Of a DNA stretch of 64,000 nucleotides, positions 9,663 to 18,809 are shown in pieces; positions within the stretch are counted from its first letter, which is position 1; each line of letters begins with the position of its first letter. Below the pieces are notes generated by a model, which made no database searches, had not been told where the DNA came from, and was given only the letters and a program-made list of their open reading frames with translations. This DNA comes from an uncultured Sphingobacteriales bacterium (GTDB lineage: Bacteria; Bacteroidota; Bacteroidia; Chitinophagales; Chitinophagaceae): positions 421,467 through 485,466 of the forward strand of contig CALATA010000001.1 in assembly GCA_937888905.1 (NCBI GenBank), written 5' to 3'. A program made the translations under genes and the position numbers.

Positions 9663-10318
9663 GGACGCACAATGTCGTTCTTGATCGCGTACATCACGAG
9701 CCCCACACGGGTACGCACTTTTAATTTTTCAAAAAGCGCATCGCGGTAGCCGTCGATCGTACGCGGGCTGAGATTCATTTTATCGGCGATTTCTTTATAC
9801 GTCATTTCTGTACAGGCCAGCTTCAGGAATTCAATTTCTTTTTCGGTGAGTTTAACCAATGTCGTCACCTCGTCTGCGGCCGTGTCGAGGTTATTCACGG
9901 CATTGATCAGTTTGCCCGTTACCATTTCCGAATAATAAAATCCCTTTTGCATCACGGTATCGAGTGCGGTTTTGAATTCGCGCGGATGCGTGTCTTTCAG
10001 GATATAACCTTTGGCGCCCTGCCGGAGCATGCGTATGATGGATTGTTCGTTGTCGAGCATGGAAAGTGCCATCACGCGTACTTCGGGATGATTATCGCGC
10101 AACCAGCGTGCAGTTTCAAATCCGTCTTTGAGCGGCATATTGATATCGAGCAGCACGAGATCGGGCACACCTTTGTCTGCGATCTGCTCTGTCAGGTGCT
10201 GACCGTTGTCTGCCTCAAACAGTACGGTGTAGTCATCGAAACTTTTCACCAGTCCAGCAAGACCGTTGCGCAGCAGAATATGATCATCTGCCAGGGCTAC
10301 TTTAATTTTTTCTTTCAT
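9659..10318 (-). CDS. LuxR/NarL-family two-component response regulator
   Basis: Receiver domain (VALADDH...DLVLLDINMP) plus C-terminal LuxR HTH (LTEKEIEFLKLACTEMTYKEIADKMNLSPRTIDGYR). Confidence 0.9.
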   Translation of the reverse strand: MKEKIKVALADDHILLRNGLAGLVKSFDDYTVLFEADNGQHLTEQIADKGVPDLVLLDINMPLKDGFETARWLRDNHPEVRVMALSMLDNEQSIIRMLRQGAKGYILKDTHPREFKTALDTVMQKGFYYSEMVTGKLINAVNNLDTAADEVTTLVKLTEKEIEFLKLACTEMTYKEIADKMNLSPRTIDGYRDALFEKLKVRTRVGLVMYAIKNDIVRP

Positions 10319-11100
10319 ACGCCGTTCATTTTTTCGGGAGGCAGCAAGATAGTTACTTCTGTTCCCTTTGACAAAACACTGTTGATTTCACAGGATGCGC
10401 CGATCATGGCGGCTCTGTTTTGGAGGCTTTTTAATCCGATGCCGGCTCCTTCCGCAGCGGAATGCTGCGTGTCGAAATCCTTGCCGTTGTCGCGGATCTG
10501 AATGATCACCCCGGTTTCACTGAAATCCACGATTGCTTCCAGTCTTTCTGCCTGGGCATGTTTTATACAATTATTAATGCTTTCCTGGATGATGCGGAAA
10601 AGTATCAATTCCTGGCGGGGATCGAGCTTTGCCGGTTCTCCTTTTATTGTCATTTCTGTCTGCATGGCGCCGGTGCGCGCGATCATGTTCAGTTCATGTT
10701 CGATCAGTTGCAGCAAACCTTTTTCTGCAATGTAATCGGTATTAAGGCTTTTCGAAAGGTTGCGGAGATCACGGATGGCTTTGCTTACGAGTTCGTAGGA
10801 GTCTTGTATTTTTCCCTGTAGCTGGTCGGCAGGAGCGGCATCTGCAGTGGCAAGATTGAGTTTCACGAGGCTTAAGGTCTGACCGATGTTGTCATGAATT
10901 TCGGCCGAAACATTTTTGAGCGTTTGCTCCTGTATTTCAAGCTGGGCCCGTAAAATTTCCTGTTGAAATTTTTCTTCTTCTTTTTTCCGCAGACTTCGCT
11001 GACGATAGAAGAGCAGGGTAAATTGGATCACACCGACGCTGAGGATTACGAAGAAAATAATCCCGGAAATAATGATGGTATAGAGTTCACTGTTTTTCAC
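10315..11100 (-). CDS. Sensor histidine kinase (HisKA_3/HATPase_c, NarX/LiaS-like)
   Basis: One N-terminal TM helix. H-box AEIHDNIGQTLSLVKLNL and ATPase motifs DNGKDF...GIGLKSLQNRAAMIGA. Overlaps the RR gene by 4 nt. Confidence 0.9.
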   Translation of the reverse strand: MKNSELYTIIISGIIFFVILSVGVIQFTLLFYRQRSLRKKEEEKFQQEILRAQLEIQEQTLKNVSAEIHDNIGQTLSLVKLNLATADAAPADQLQGKIQDSYELVSKAIRDLRNLSKSLNTDYIAEKGLLQLIEHELNMIARTGAMQTEMTIKGEPAKLDPRQELILFRIIQESINNCIKHAQAERLEAIVDFSETGVIIQIRDNGKDFDTQHSAAEGAGIGLKSLQNRAAMIGASCEINSVLSKGTEVTILLPPEKMNGV

Positions 11101-11181
11101 GTCGCATTGTTTAGGTGCATGGAAGTGTCCTTCCCCGGCACGGGCAAAAGTATTGTAAAACAGCTAATCCGGGCCTACCGG

Positions 11182-11835
11182 TTAGTTTTCAGAAGATTGA
11201 ATTTTGCGGCTGTTCAGGTAGATGGCTACCGTGAAAAACGCGTAGTGCACAAAGTTGAGCCACCAGAGCACTTTGATCAGATCGAAGTGTATAGGCGATT
11301 TGATACGAAGCAGGTACCCATAAAGACTCCAGAAGATGAAATTGACACTGAAAAAGAGAATAACGGAACTATTGACCCAGAAAATGCTGGACCTTATCAC
11401 CTGGTCTTCCTTGGAATAACGGATCATTTCATAATTTGATAACAGGGCAAAGGTGACGTAGACAATGCTGATAGCAATAAGTTCATAATGCGGATAAGCC
11501 CGCAGACCCTGTATAAAGAATGAATCGGCTGCCAGAAAAAGCAACAGAGCAATAGTCGCGATCAGGACAAACAATTTGCTTTTACGCTGTTGCATTACGG
11601 AATGGTACATCAAACCGAAAAGTATGGCATTGAGGAACGTGTAGATATGGAAAATGATGTTATTGTAACCGTGGAACTTTGCCATGTACCATTGAACAAC
11701 CGCGCTCAAAAAGGTTAAAATCTGAATGCATAGCAGCAACCGGTAGGAACGGCTGAGTTTCGGATACAGGGTAAGACCTATAACGACAAGAAGCAGTAAA
11801 AATCCGATATTAATGAGCGCGAGGGTTTCTGACAT
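11182..11835 (-). CDS. Polytopic membrane protein of unknown function, first gene of the membrane-HK-RR unit
   Basis: 217 aa, at least 6 hydrophobic segments, no recognisable catalytic motif. Co-directional and 81 nt upstream of the kinase gene. Confidence 0.6.
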   Translation of the reverse strand: MSETLALINIGFLLLLVVIGLTLYPKLSRSYRLLLCIQILTFLSAVVQWYMAKFHGYNNIIFHIYTFLNAILFGLMYHSVMQQRKSKLFVLIATIALLLFLAADSFFIQGLRAYPHYELIAISIVYVTFALLSNYEMIRYSKEDQVIRSSIFWVNSSVILFFSVNFIFWSLYGYLLRIKSPIHFDLIKVLWWLNFVHYAFFTVAIYLNSRKIQSSEN

Positions 11836-11879
11836 GGCGATGTTGATTCAGGGTACTTACGGAGGTATTGTTTTAATTA

Positions 11880-11913
11880 AAAAGCGGCCCTGATCCTGCG
11901 GGGCCGCTTTTTA
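11880..11913 (-). terminator. Rho-independent (bidirectional-looking) terminator downstream of lipoprotein gene
   Basis: agcggccc/tgatcctgc/ggggccgct hairpin flanked by A-run and T-run. Confidence 0.5.
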
Positions 11914-11919
11914 TATTAT

Positions 11920-12366
11920 TTAAGGCAGACTCGTGGCTGGATCAGGACATTCAGTCGGGCACGACGGAATCCAGTCAAAGATAAAATCATCGATCAGGAT
12001 GTTGGGATATTGAGTGGATTTTCCCTCGGGAGTTCCACGGGGCACTACTACCAACGTGTAGATCGGTTTGCCATTGACAGTGTCTTTAACAGCCAGGTAA
12101 AGGCGGATGCCGGTGTACCCGTTCATTTTACTGATGGTTTCGAGCGTGCCGGCCTGGATGGTGAAGGCCTGTACGGGCTGGCCTTCCTGTGTGTAAAACA
12201 CGGGTTTGATGGCGCTTGTATCGTTGTCATAAGCGGCGATCATGGCGCGGGCAGTAGCCACGGTCATCGATTTGTCGGACTGTCCCACTTCTTTGTCTTT
12301 ACACGATGCAAGGGTTAATCCTGCAAACAAGGCGCAGGAAAGTAGATTGACGGTTTTTTTCATCAT
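11920..12366 (-). CDS. Lipoprotein of unknown function
   Basis: Start taken at MMKKTVNLLSCALFAGLTLASC (lipobox LASC), 148 aa. The upstream in-frame extension in the ORF track is probably not translated. Confidence 0.55.
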   Translation of the reverse strand: MMKKTVNLLSCALFAGLTLASCKDKEVGQSDKSMTVATARAMIAAYDNDTSAIKPVFYTQEGQPVQAFTIQAGTLETISKMNGYTGIRLYLAVKDTVNGKPIYTLVVVPRGTPEGKSTQYPNILIDDFIFDWIPSCPTECPDPATSLP

Positions 12367-12603
12367 AAATAATTGGTTTAGAATTGTTACAGCGATAATA
12401 ATACAGCGATTTTCCGTATCCGCAAAATCTACCAGACCCGTGTTTTCACCCTCCATTAAAGTTTTTTAACGGAGGCAAAAGGGGTTATAATCACCTTGAT
12501 ATCCGTGGCCCGTTGGTGTTTCTTTGTTCAACAAGCACGAATTAGACGGAACAACGAGTATCAGAATACGTAAACCTGCGACCTAAACCTTTACTATGAA
12601 AGT

Positions 12604-12636
12604 GGCTGCCCTGTAACAACGGGGCAGTTTTTTTTG
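12604..12636 (+). terminator. Orphan plus-strand rho-independent terminator
   Basis: ctgccc/tgtaacaac/gggcag followed by ttttttttg. No plus-strand CDS within 2.9 kb upstream (nearest is 9662). Confidence 0.5.
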
Positions 12637-12700
12637 TGAATGGTGAATCGTCAATGGTGAGTCGTGAATGGTGAATCGTCAATGGTGAATGGTGAATGGT
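12636..12700. repeat. Tandem repeat, ~3 units of GTGAATGGTGAATCGTCAATG (21 nt, built on a GTGAATG heptad)
   Basis: Direct reading: gtgaatggtgaatcgtcaatggtgagtcgtgaatggtgaatcgtcaatggtgaatggtgaatggt. Confidence 0.6.
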
Positions 12701-12866
12701 TCCTTCGCCTATATACGGGCAAACATTCCAGTGGCTTAATTACTTTGCAGCTTTGCGAAAAAGCTCACGCAAAGCTACACAAGGGACAAAGACGCAAAGA
12801 TCACCTAAAACCGATAAAGGCTGTTTAACTTACAACTTACTACTTATTACTTACTACCTCTCTCCA
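12636..12866. repeat. Copy (b) of the mosaic intergenic repeat family (module B tandem + body + C-core)
   Basis: Right end cacctaaaacc...aacttacaacttac...cctctctcc resembles 21992-22019 and the reverse complement of 19807-19850. Overlaps the stop codon and last codons of the acyltransferase gene. Confidence 0.4.
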
Positions 12867-13734
12867 CAAACGTATAATCATCCCGCCACTCATTCTTCCA
12901 GCGGCGGTGGCTCCACAACCACATATCGGGATAGGTGCGGATCACATTTTCGAGGTAGTCGACAAAACGACGCGTGAGATCTTCGGTAGTGGTTTGTTGG
13001 GGAAATTCTTCTTCCACTTTGAGCTCAAGCACATAACGCCCGCGCCGGGGCTTATGAATAAAGGCAAAAATGACCACACAGTCATTGGCAATTGCATTCT
13101 TCGCGGGGCCCGCCGTAAACGGTGCACGTTTACCAAAAAAATCAAACCATAATGCCCGCAACATGTGTCCCGGGTTCTGGTCCGCTACCAGTCCCAGCAG
13201 GTATTGCTTATGGCGGTAAGGCAGGATGTCTGCCTGCATATTATTGGCGCGTAATAATACCGTGCCGCTGCGCGAACGTATTTTTCTGAATATACGGTCA
13301 AACACTTTATTACTGATGGGAGCATATACGCCGAGAAATTGAAAACGCAGTGCCGCTTTCCCCGCGAGGTTTCCCCATTCCCAGTTGAAGTTATGGCCAA
13401 GGTGCATTTGCACTCTCCGGCCACTTTCATAAAATTGATTAGCTACTTCCCAGTTGCCGGTAAAGCGTTTCGAAATATAACGCTCCGATGCACTGATGAT
13501 CTTTATCGTTTCAATAAAGGAGTCAATAAAATTTCTGTAAAAACGCCTGGCGATCTTTTTCCGCTCTTCTATCGTTTTTTCGGGAAAGGCAATCGCGAGA
13601 TTGTTCATCACCACCTCCTTGCGATAGCCGATCATACGATATACCACAAATGTCAGGATGTCGGAGATCACATATAGTACGCGCAAAGGCAATAGAGAGA
13701 TCAACCATAAAAATCCGTATACCAAATAATACAT
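12847..13734 (-). CDS. Lysophospholipid/lipid A acyltransferase (LpxL/HtrB-like, LPLAT superfamily)
   Basis: 295 aa, N-terminal TM anchor, HLGHNFNWEW acyltransferase motif region, LpxL-like length. Confidence 0.75.
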   Translation of the reverse strand: MYYLVYGFLWLISLLPLRVLYVISDILTFVVYRMIGYRKEVVMNNLAIAFPEKTIEERKKIARRFYRNFIDSFIETIKIISASERYISKRFTGNWEVANQFYESGRRVQMHLGHNFNWEWGNLAGKAALRFQFLGVYAPISNKVFDRIFRKIRSRSGTVLLRANNMQADILPYRHKQYLLGLVADQNPGHMLRALWFDFFGKRAPFTAGPAKNAIANDCVVIFAFIHKPRRGRYVLELKVEEEFPQQTTTEDLTRRFVDYLENVIRTYPDMWLWSHRRWKNEWRDDYTFVERGSK

Positions 13735-13748
13735 GTCTGCTGTTCTTT

Positions 13749-15365
13749 TTATAAAACGATATTCTGCACCAATTCACTTTTACCGGGATAATCTGTGTTG
13801 AAATGCAGACCACGGCTTTCTTTTCTGAAATCAGCGCCTTTTACAATGAGGTAACCAACTGTTATGAGATTGCGCAATTCAAGCAGTTGCGGAGAGATGG
13901 AACTACCCTGGTAGAGTTGCTCCGTTTCTTCCCACAGAAGGTCCAGCCTGTTCAATGCCCGCCGCAAACGGATATCGTTGCGCACGATACCAACATAATC
14001 GCTCATCACCTGCTGCAGTTCTTTCAGGCTTTGCGTAATGAGGATCATTTCCTTTGGTTCACTGGTGCCTTCCGCGTTCCAGTCGGGAATGTGTTCTGCC
14101 TGCACCTGCGTATATTTTTTCGCTTCCGTAACGGCCGTTACATCCAGGTAACAACGGTGCGCAAAAACCATTGCTTCCAGCAGCGAATTGCTGGCAAGAC
14201 GATTGGCACCATGAAGGCCCGTGCTGCTGCATTCGCCACAGACATACAGTTGCTGAATGGAACTGCGGCCCCATTCATCCGATTTGATGCCGCCGCAACT
14301 GTAATGCGCCGCAGGAGCCACCGGTATCATGTTCTGCGAAATGTCGATACCGATGCTTAAACATTTCTGATAAATATTCGGGAAGTGCTCGATGAATTTT
14401 TCTTTAGAAAAATGCCGGCAATCCAACCATACATGTTCGGTACCCGTGCGTTTCATTTCACTGTCGATGGCGCGGGCAACGATGTCGCGCGGAGCCAGAT
14501 CGCGACGCGGATCGTACCGCTCCATAAAGGCTTCTCCTTCTTTGTTGCGCAAAATACCGCCATCGCCCCGCACGGCTTCCGTGATCAGAAAAGCCTGCCC
14601 CCGCAGCCCCGGTTCATAAAGTGCTGTCGGGTGAAACTGGATGAATTCCATGTTCTCGATACGTCCTTTCGCACGGTACACCATGGCCACACCATCACCT
14701 GTGGCAATCGCCGGATTGGTGGTGGTGCGGTATACCTGGCCATTGCCGCCTGTGGCCAGCAGGGTAGTAGCCGATAATATTTTTTCGATGCGGTTGGTTT
14801 CGAGATTCAATGCATACACACCATAACACGTTATGTCGGGCGTCGATTTGGTTACGAGATAACCAAGATGGTGTTGGGTAATGATATCTACGACAAAGAA
14901 GTGTTTAACCAGTTCAATATTCGGTTGCGCCGCTACTGCATCCAGCAGCGTGCGTTCCATTTCCCAACCCGTGATGTCTTTGTGATGGATGATGCGAAAC
15001 TCCGAGTGTCCGCCTTCTTTGCCCAGTTTGTAATCGCCGTCTTTTTCTTTGTCAAATCTTGCGCCCCATTCAATGAGCTCGCGCACCCGGTCCGGACCTT
15101 CCTTCACTACGATCTCCACCACGCCCGGGTTGCAAAGCCCGTCACCGGCGATGAGTGTGTCTTCGATGTGTTTTTCGAAACTGTCATTTTCCAGGTCGTT
15201 TACCACGGCCACGCCGCCCTGTGCATATTTGGTGTTGGTTTCATCGGCCGCGGCCTTTGTCATCACCAATATTTTTTTGTCAGGGAAATGACGCGCTACT
15301 TTCAGCGCATAGGTGAGGCCGGCGATGCCCGACCCGATGACGAGATAATCGGTTTTCCTTTCCAT
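13749..15365 (-). CDS. nadB: L-aspartate oxidase
   Basis: 538 aa, FAD site DYLVIGSGIAGL, succinate dehydrogenase/fumarate reductase flavoprotein-like core, NadB length. Confidence 0.9.
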   Translation of the reverse strand: MERKTDYLVIGSGIAGLTYALKVARHFPDKKILVMTKAAADETNTKYAQGGVAVVNDLENDSFEKHIEDTLIAGDGLCNPGVVEIVVKEGPDRVRELIEWGARFDKEKDGDYKLGKEGGHSEFRIIHHKDITGWEMERTLLDAVAAQPNIELVKHFFVVDIITQHHLGYLVTKSTPDITCYGVYALNLETNRIEKILSATTLLATGGNGQVYRTTTNPAIATGDGVAMVYRAKGRIENMEFIQFHPTALYEPGLRGQAFLITEAVRGDGGILRNKEGEAFMERYDPRRDLAPRDIVARAIDSEMKRTGTEHVWLDCRHFSKEKFIEHFPNIYQKCLSIGIDISQNMIPVAPAAHYSCGGIKSDEWGRSSIQQLYVCGECSSTGLHGANRLASNSLLEAMVFAHRCYLDVTAVTEAKKYTQVQAEHIPDWNAEGTSEPKEMILITQSLKELQQVMSDYVGIVRNDIRLRRALNRLDLLWEETEQLYQGSSISPQLLELRNLITVGYLIVKGADFRKESRGLHFNTDYPGKSELVQNIVL

Positions 15366-15448
15366 TCGTTATACTGCCGGGATATCCCGCGACTTCGGGG
15401 CCAGCAGGCAAATTTACCGCATATTCCGCACCAAACGACAGTATTTGA

Positions 15449-16126
15449 TCAACGGTTGCTGCGGTAGTTGAGCCAGCGGCTGATTCCCAGGATCAGGCTC
15501 CATTGCGCCAGCCCGTAAGTGAGCATGATGCAAATACCCGCAGCCGGCAACGGCTGATAGAATTTATTGATGGCAAGCAGTGAATCCGATAGCACAAACA
15601 TGATCGCGCCCGCCACGATCAACTGCCCCGCACGCGGCACCGGTGACCGCCATAGTTGCAAGGCCAGGAATAACATCACCGTGATCACCAAACCATATAT
15701 CCGCACGGGCCAAAGCATATCGGTTAATGAATTATTCAGCAAGAACATAATACCTCCGTAAAACAACAAGGATGGCAGTAGCCAAACACCACGAATGGCA
15801 ATATTTTCCTGTTTGCTCATTTTATAAAAAATGATGCAGTAAAAGATATGGGCCAGCAAAAAAGAGGAAAGGCCCAACAGGAAATAGATCGGCTTGTAAG
15901 TCTGGAACATCAGCAACACATCGCCGGCCCAGGAAAAAAATAAAGCCATCAGTGCAAGACTCCGCAAACGCGATGATGCCGGAGTAGACAGCAACAACCA
16001 GGCAAACAATCCGGCGACGATCAGCGGTTTGCTGAATAGTTCAACCGGATGGTTGTCCATTGCAATCGCAAGCAGGTTGGTAACCAATGCACCAACGGAG
16101 AGAAGGCAGGCAAGTCGTTTATACAT
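15449..16126 (-). CDS. YhhN-family (lysoplasmalogenase-like) membrane protein
   Basis: 225 aa, ~7 TM segments. FSWAGDVLLM and AHIFY motifs typical of the YhhN family. Confidence 0.65.
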   Translation of the reverse strand: MYKRLACLLSVGALVTNLLAIAMDNHPVELFSKPLIVAGLFAWLLLSTPASSRLRSLALMALFFSWAGDVLLMFQTYKPIYFLLGLSSFLLAHIFYCIIFYKMSKQENIAIRGVWLLPSLLFYGGIMFLLNNSLTDMLWPVRIYGLVITVMLFLALQLWRSPVPRAGQLIVAGAIMFVLSDSLLAINKFYQPLPAAGICIMLTYGLAQWSLILGISRWLNYRSNR

Positions 16127-16127
16127 A

Positions 16128-18140
16128 TCAGGCCGGGTCTACCCAGGCTTCGTTTTCTTTCAGCAGATTGATCAGTTCGTCCACCGCTGTTTCGCTGTTC
16201 ACATTTTTCTTCACCACTTCTTTCCCTTTGTACAGGGTAATCTTTCCGGGGCCGCTTCCCACATAACCGAAATCTGCATCAGCCATTTCTCCCGGACCGT
16301 TTACGATACATCCCATGATCGCAATTTTCACCCCTTTCAGGTGATGCGTGCGCGAACGGATTTTTGCGGTCGTTTCCTGTAGATCAAAAAGTGTACGTCC
16401 GCAGGAAGGACAGGAAATATATTCTGTTTTTGAAATACGTGTACGCGTAGCCTGCAGGATAGAGAAGGCCGTATTGTTCACGAACTCTTCGGCACTTTGG
16501 TTTTGCAGATAATTTCTGCCCGATGCCTGCAATGCCTGGTCGCCACCGGCGAGCTGATGATACGCATGCTGCGAAAGACCAAGGCAAATGCCATCGCCCA
16601 TTCCGTCGAGCAGCAGTGCGCCTGTTTCCGTAGCAAAATGGATCAGGTGTTCATCGGGTGTCTGCCATTGACTGTCGGTGATCAGGATCACCGGATTGCG
16701 TGCATTTTTTTCTGCCAGCGCCACAAACATTTTGCGCACGCTTTGCATGGCATTTTTACGCTCGCTGCTGAGGCAGAGCACCACCGTTGGATCGTTGACC
16801 AATGCATCGAGGAAGGTGAAATCATTCACGGTTGTTTCATCACTGAAACAATCCACCATCACAAAGTTCAGCCACGGATGACGCAGTTCGGCTTTGACAA
16901 AACCGCTGTCCTGGAATAAAGGAAAACAGTTTTCTTTATCGGTTGCCGTCTGCCAGGCGCCAGCATTCAGGATCACTTTGAGTGTACCGGGCAGGGCAAA
17001 TGGCGGCAAATGATTATTGGTAAAAATATAGTCGGCGGCCGCATCTCCGATATGCCATTTATCCAGCGCAGCATCGTAGTTGTAACCAATGCCACGCAGA
17101 TTTTCCGGTATCAGTTCGCCTGTCTTGCTCAGGTCTGCAATTACAACGGGCACTTGTTTTTCTCCGATGTTGCCAATCGCAAAAGAATCGCGGCGTTGAT
17201 AGTTGAAGGGATCGTAGGGCAACCTGATCGTTTCGTCTGTGGCGGGTGAGGTGGCAGCGGGCGTGTAACGTTTTACAATATCGCGGCACACCGGTATTTC
17301 GAGTTCGGGATCTTCTGTCAGGGAAACGCGGACGGTGTCGCCGATACCATCTTCCAGCAAAGAGCCGATGCCGATAGCGGATTTGATGCGGCCATCTTCT
17401 CCGTCGCCGGCTTCGGTAACGCCTAGGTGCAGGGGATAACATTCAGAAAATTCTTCCTGCATGGTTTTGATCAGTAGCCGGTAAGCCTGCACCATCACCT
17501 GCGGATTGCTCGCTTTCATGCTCAGCACAATATTGTGATAGCTTTCATCACGCGCGATGCGCAGGAACTCCATCGCACTTTCCACCATGCCAACCGGGGT
17601 ATCTCCGTAGCGGCTCATGATGCGGTCGCTCAGCGAGCCGTGGTTGGTACCGATGCGCATGGCCGTGCCGTATTCGCGGCAGATGCGGATGAGCGGTGTA
17701 AAGCGTTCGCGGATGCGGTCGATCTCTTCTGCATAATCCGCGTCGGTGTATTCGATCAGTTCAAATTTCTTTTTGTCGACGTAGTTGCCGGGGTTCACGC
17801 GCACTTTTTCCACGATGCGGGCAGCGATTTCGGCGGCGTTGGGCGTGAAATGAATGTCAGCTACCAGCGGCGTGTGGTAACCCCGGCGGCGCAGTTCATT
17901 TTTTATAGCGAGCAGGTTCTCTGCTTCTTTTTTGGAGGGGGCGGTAATGCGTACCAGTTCGGCACCGGCTTCAATGCAACGGATGCTTTGCTCTACCGTA
18001 GCCATGGTGTCCATGGTATCGGTGGTAGTCATGGTCTGCAGACGGATGGGATGGTTATTACCCAGCAACAGGTCTCCGATTTTTACTTCTTTGGTCAGGA
18101 GCCGCCGATAGCGGGTAAGCGATTCACAATAATATTGCAT
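16128..18140 (-). CDS. ispG: 4-hydroxy-3-methylbut-2-en-1-yl diphosphate synthase (flavodoxin), long form with insert domain
   Basis: 670 aa, GcpE signature LGNNHPIRLQTMTTTDT...VNPGNY, C-terminal CPSCGR...CIVNGPGE Fe-S cluster motif. Confidence 0.9.
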   Translation of the reverse strand: MQYYCESLTRYRRLLTKEVKIGDLLLGNNHPIRLQTMTTTDTMDTMATVEQSIRCIEAGAELVRITAPSKKEAENLLAIKNELRRRGYHTPLVADIHFTPNAAEIAARIVEKVRVNPGNYVDKKKFELIEYTDADYAEEIDRIRERFTPLIRICREYGTAMRIGTNHGSLSDRIMSRYGDTPVGMVESAMEFLRIARDESYHNIVLSMKASNPQVMVQAYRLLIKTMQEEFSECYPLHLGVTEAGDGEDGRIKSAIGIGSLLEDGIGDTVRVSLTEDPELEIPVCRDIVKRYTPAATSPATDETIRLPYDPFNYQRRDSFAIGNIGEKQVPVVIADLSKTGELIPENLRGIGYNYDAALDKWHIGDAAADYIFTNNHLPPFALPGTLKVILNAGAWQTATDKENCFPLFQDSGFVKAELRHPWLNFVMVDCFSDETTVNDFTFLDALVNDPTVVLCLSSERKNAMQSVRKMFVALAEKNARNPVILITDSQWQTPDEHLIHFATETGALLLDGMGDGICLGLSQHAYHQLAGGDQALQASGRNYLQNQSAEEFVNNTAFSILQATRTRISKTEYISCPSCGRTLFDLQETTAKIRSRTHHLKGVKIAIMGCIVNGPGEMADADFGYVGSGPGKITLYKGKEVVKKNVNSETAVDELINLLKENEAWVDPA

Positions 18141-18167
18141 ACCGCAAAGATATTAGAAACTTGGGGC

Positions 18168-18809
18168 TTACCAGTCCTTCTGATTGTTACCTCCGCCTTG
18201 TTTTTTCTGCTGGTTGGCGCGGTTCTGGACTTGTTTTTCCTTTTGGCGGAGAAGGTCCAACTGGCGTTGGGCCTCGCGTTGGTTCATTTTTGATTGGGGT
18301 TGTTGTTCCTGCTGCTCTTTTTTCTTTTGATCCTTCTCCTGTTGTTTTTGTTTCTCCGGATTTTTCTTTTTTTGTTCCAGCAGGGCCTTTTGCAGGTTTT
18401 CCCGGGCTTCTTTGTTGTTGGGGTCGAGGCGTAAGGCCTGTTTGTAGGCTTCGATGCTTTCTTCCAGTTTTTGCTGGCCGGTGAGGATCACACCTTTATT
18501 GTACCAGGCGAGGGATTTATGATTTTTCTGCACCTTTTCACCGGCGATCAGTTCATCATAAAGTGCAATGGCCTGATCGGGTTGTTTCAGCAGGAAAAGT
18601 GCATTGGCGCGGTTGTAACGGGCTATGGAGTTATCGGCATCGTTGCGCAGCGCTTCTTCGTAAGAAAGTGATGCTTTATCCCATTGTCCCTGGCGGAAAA
18701 ATTCATTTCCTTCGGCGGTCAGTTCCCGGCTTCTGTTGACGTCGGTGGTTTGTGCAAATGCAGTTACCGGCAACAACAGGAATAATATGTACAGCAGGCA
18801 CTTGTTCAT
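18168..18809 (-). CDS. TPR-repeat protein with K/Q/E-rich C-terminal tail (BatC-like)
   Basis: Start at MNKCLLYILFLLLPVTAFAQ (signal peptide). TPR repeats present. Low-complexity tail QQKKKNPEKQKQQEKDQKKKEQQEQQ. ATGA overlap with the upstream VWA gene. Confidence 0.65.
   Translation of the reverse strand: MNKCLLYILFLLLPVTAFAQTTDVNRSRELTAEGNEFFRQGQWDKASLSYEEALRNDADNSIARYNRANALFLLKQPDQAIALYDELIAGEKVQKNHKSLAWYNKGVILTGQQKLEESIEAYKQALRLDPNNKEARENLQKALLEQKKKNPEKQKQQEKDQKKKEQQEQQPQSKMNQREAQRQLDLLRQKEKQVQNRANQQKKQGGGNNQKDW

Noticed and set aside
12636-12700. CRISPR array
   Set aside because: The repeats are contiguous 21-nt imperfect units with no intervening spacers, and no cas genes are present. 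It is a microsatellite-like tandem repeat.
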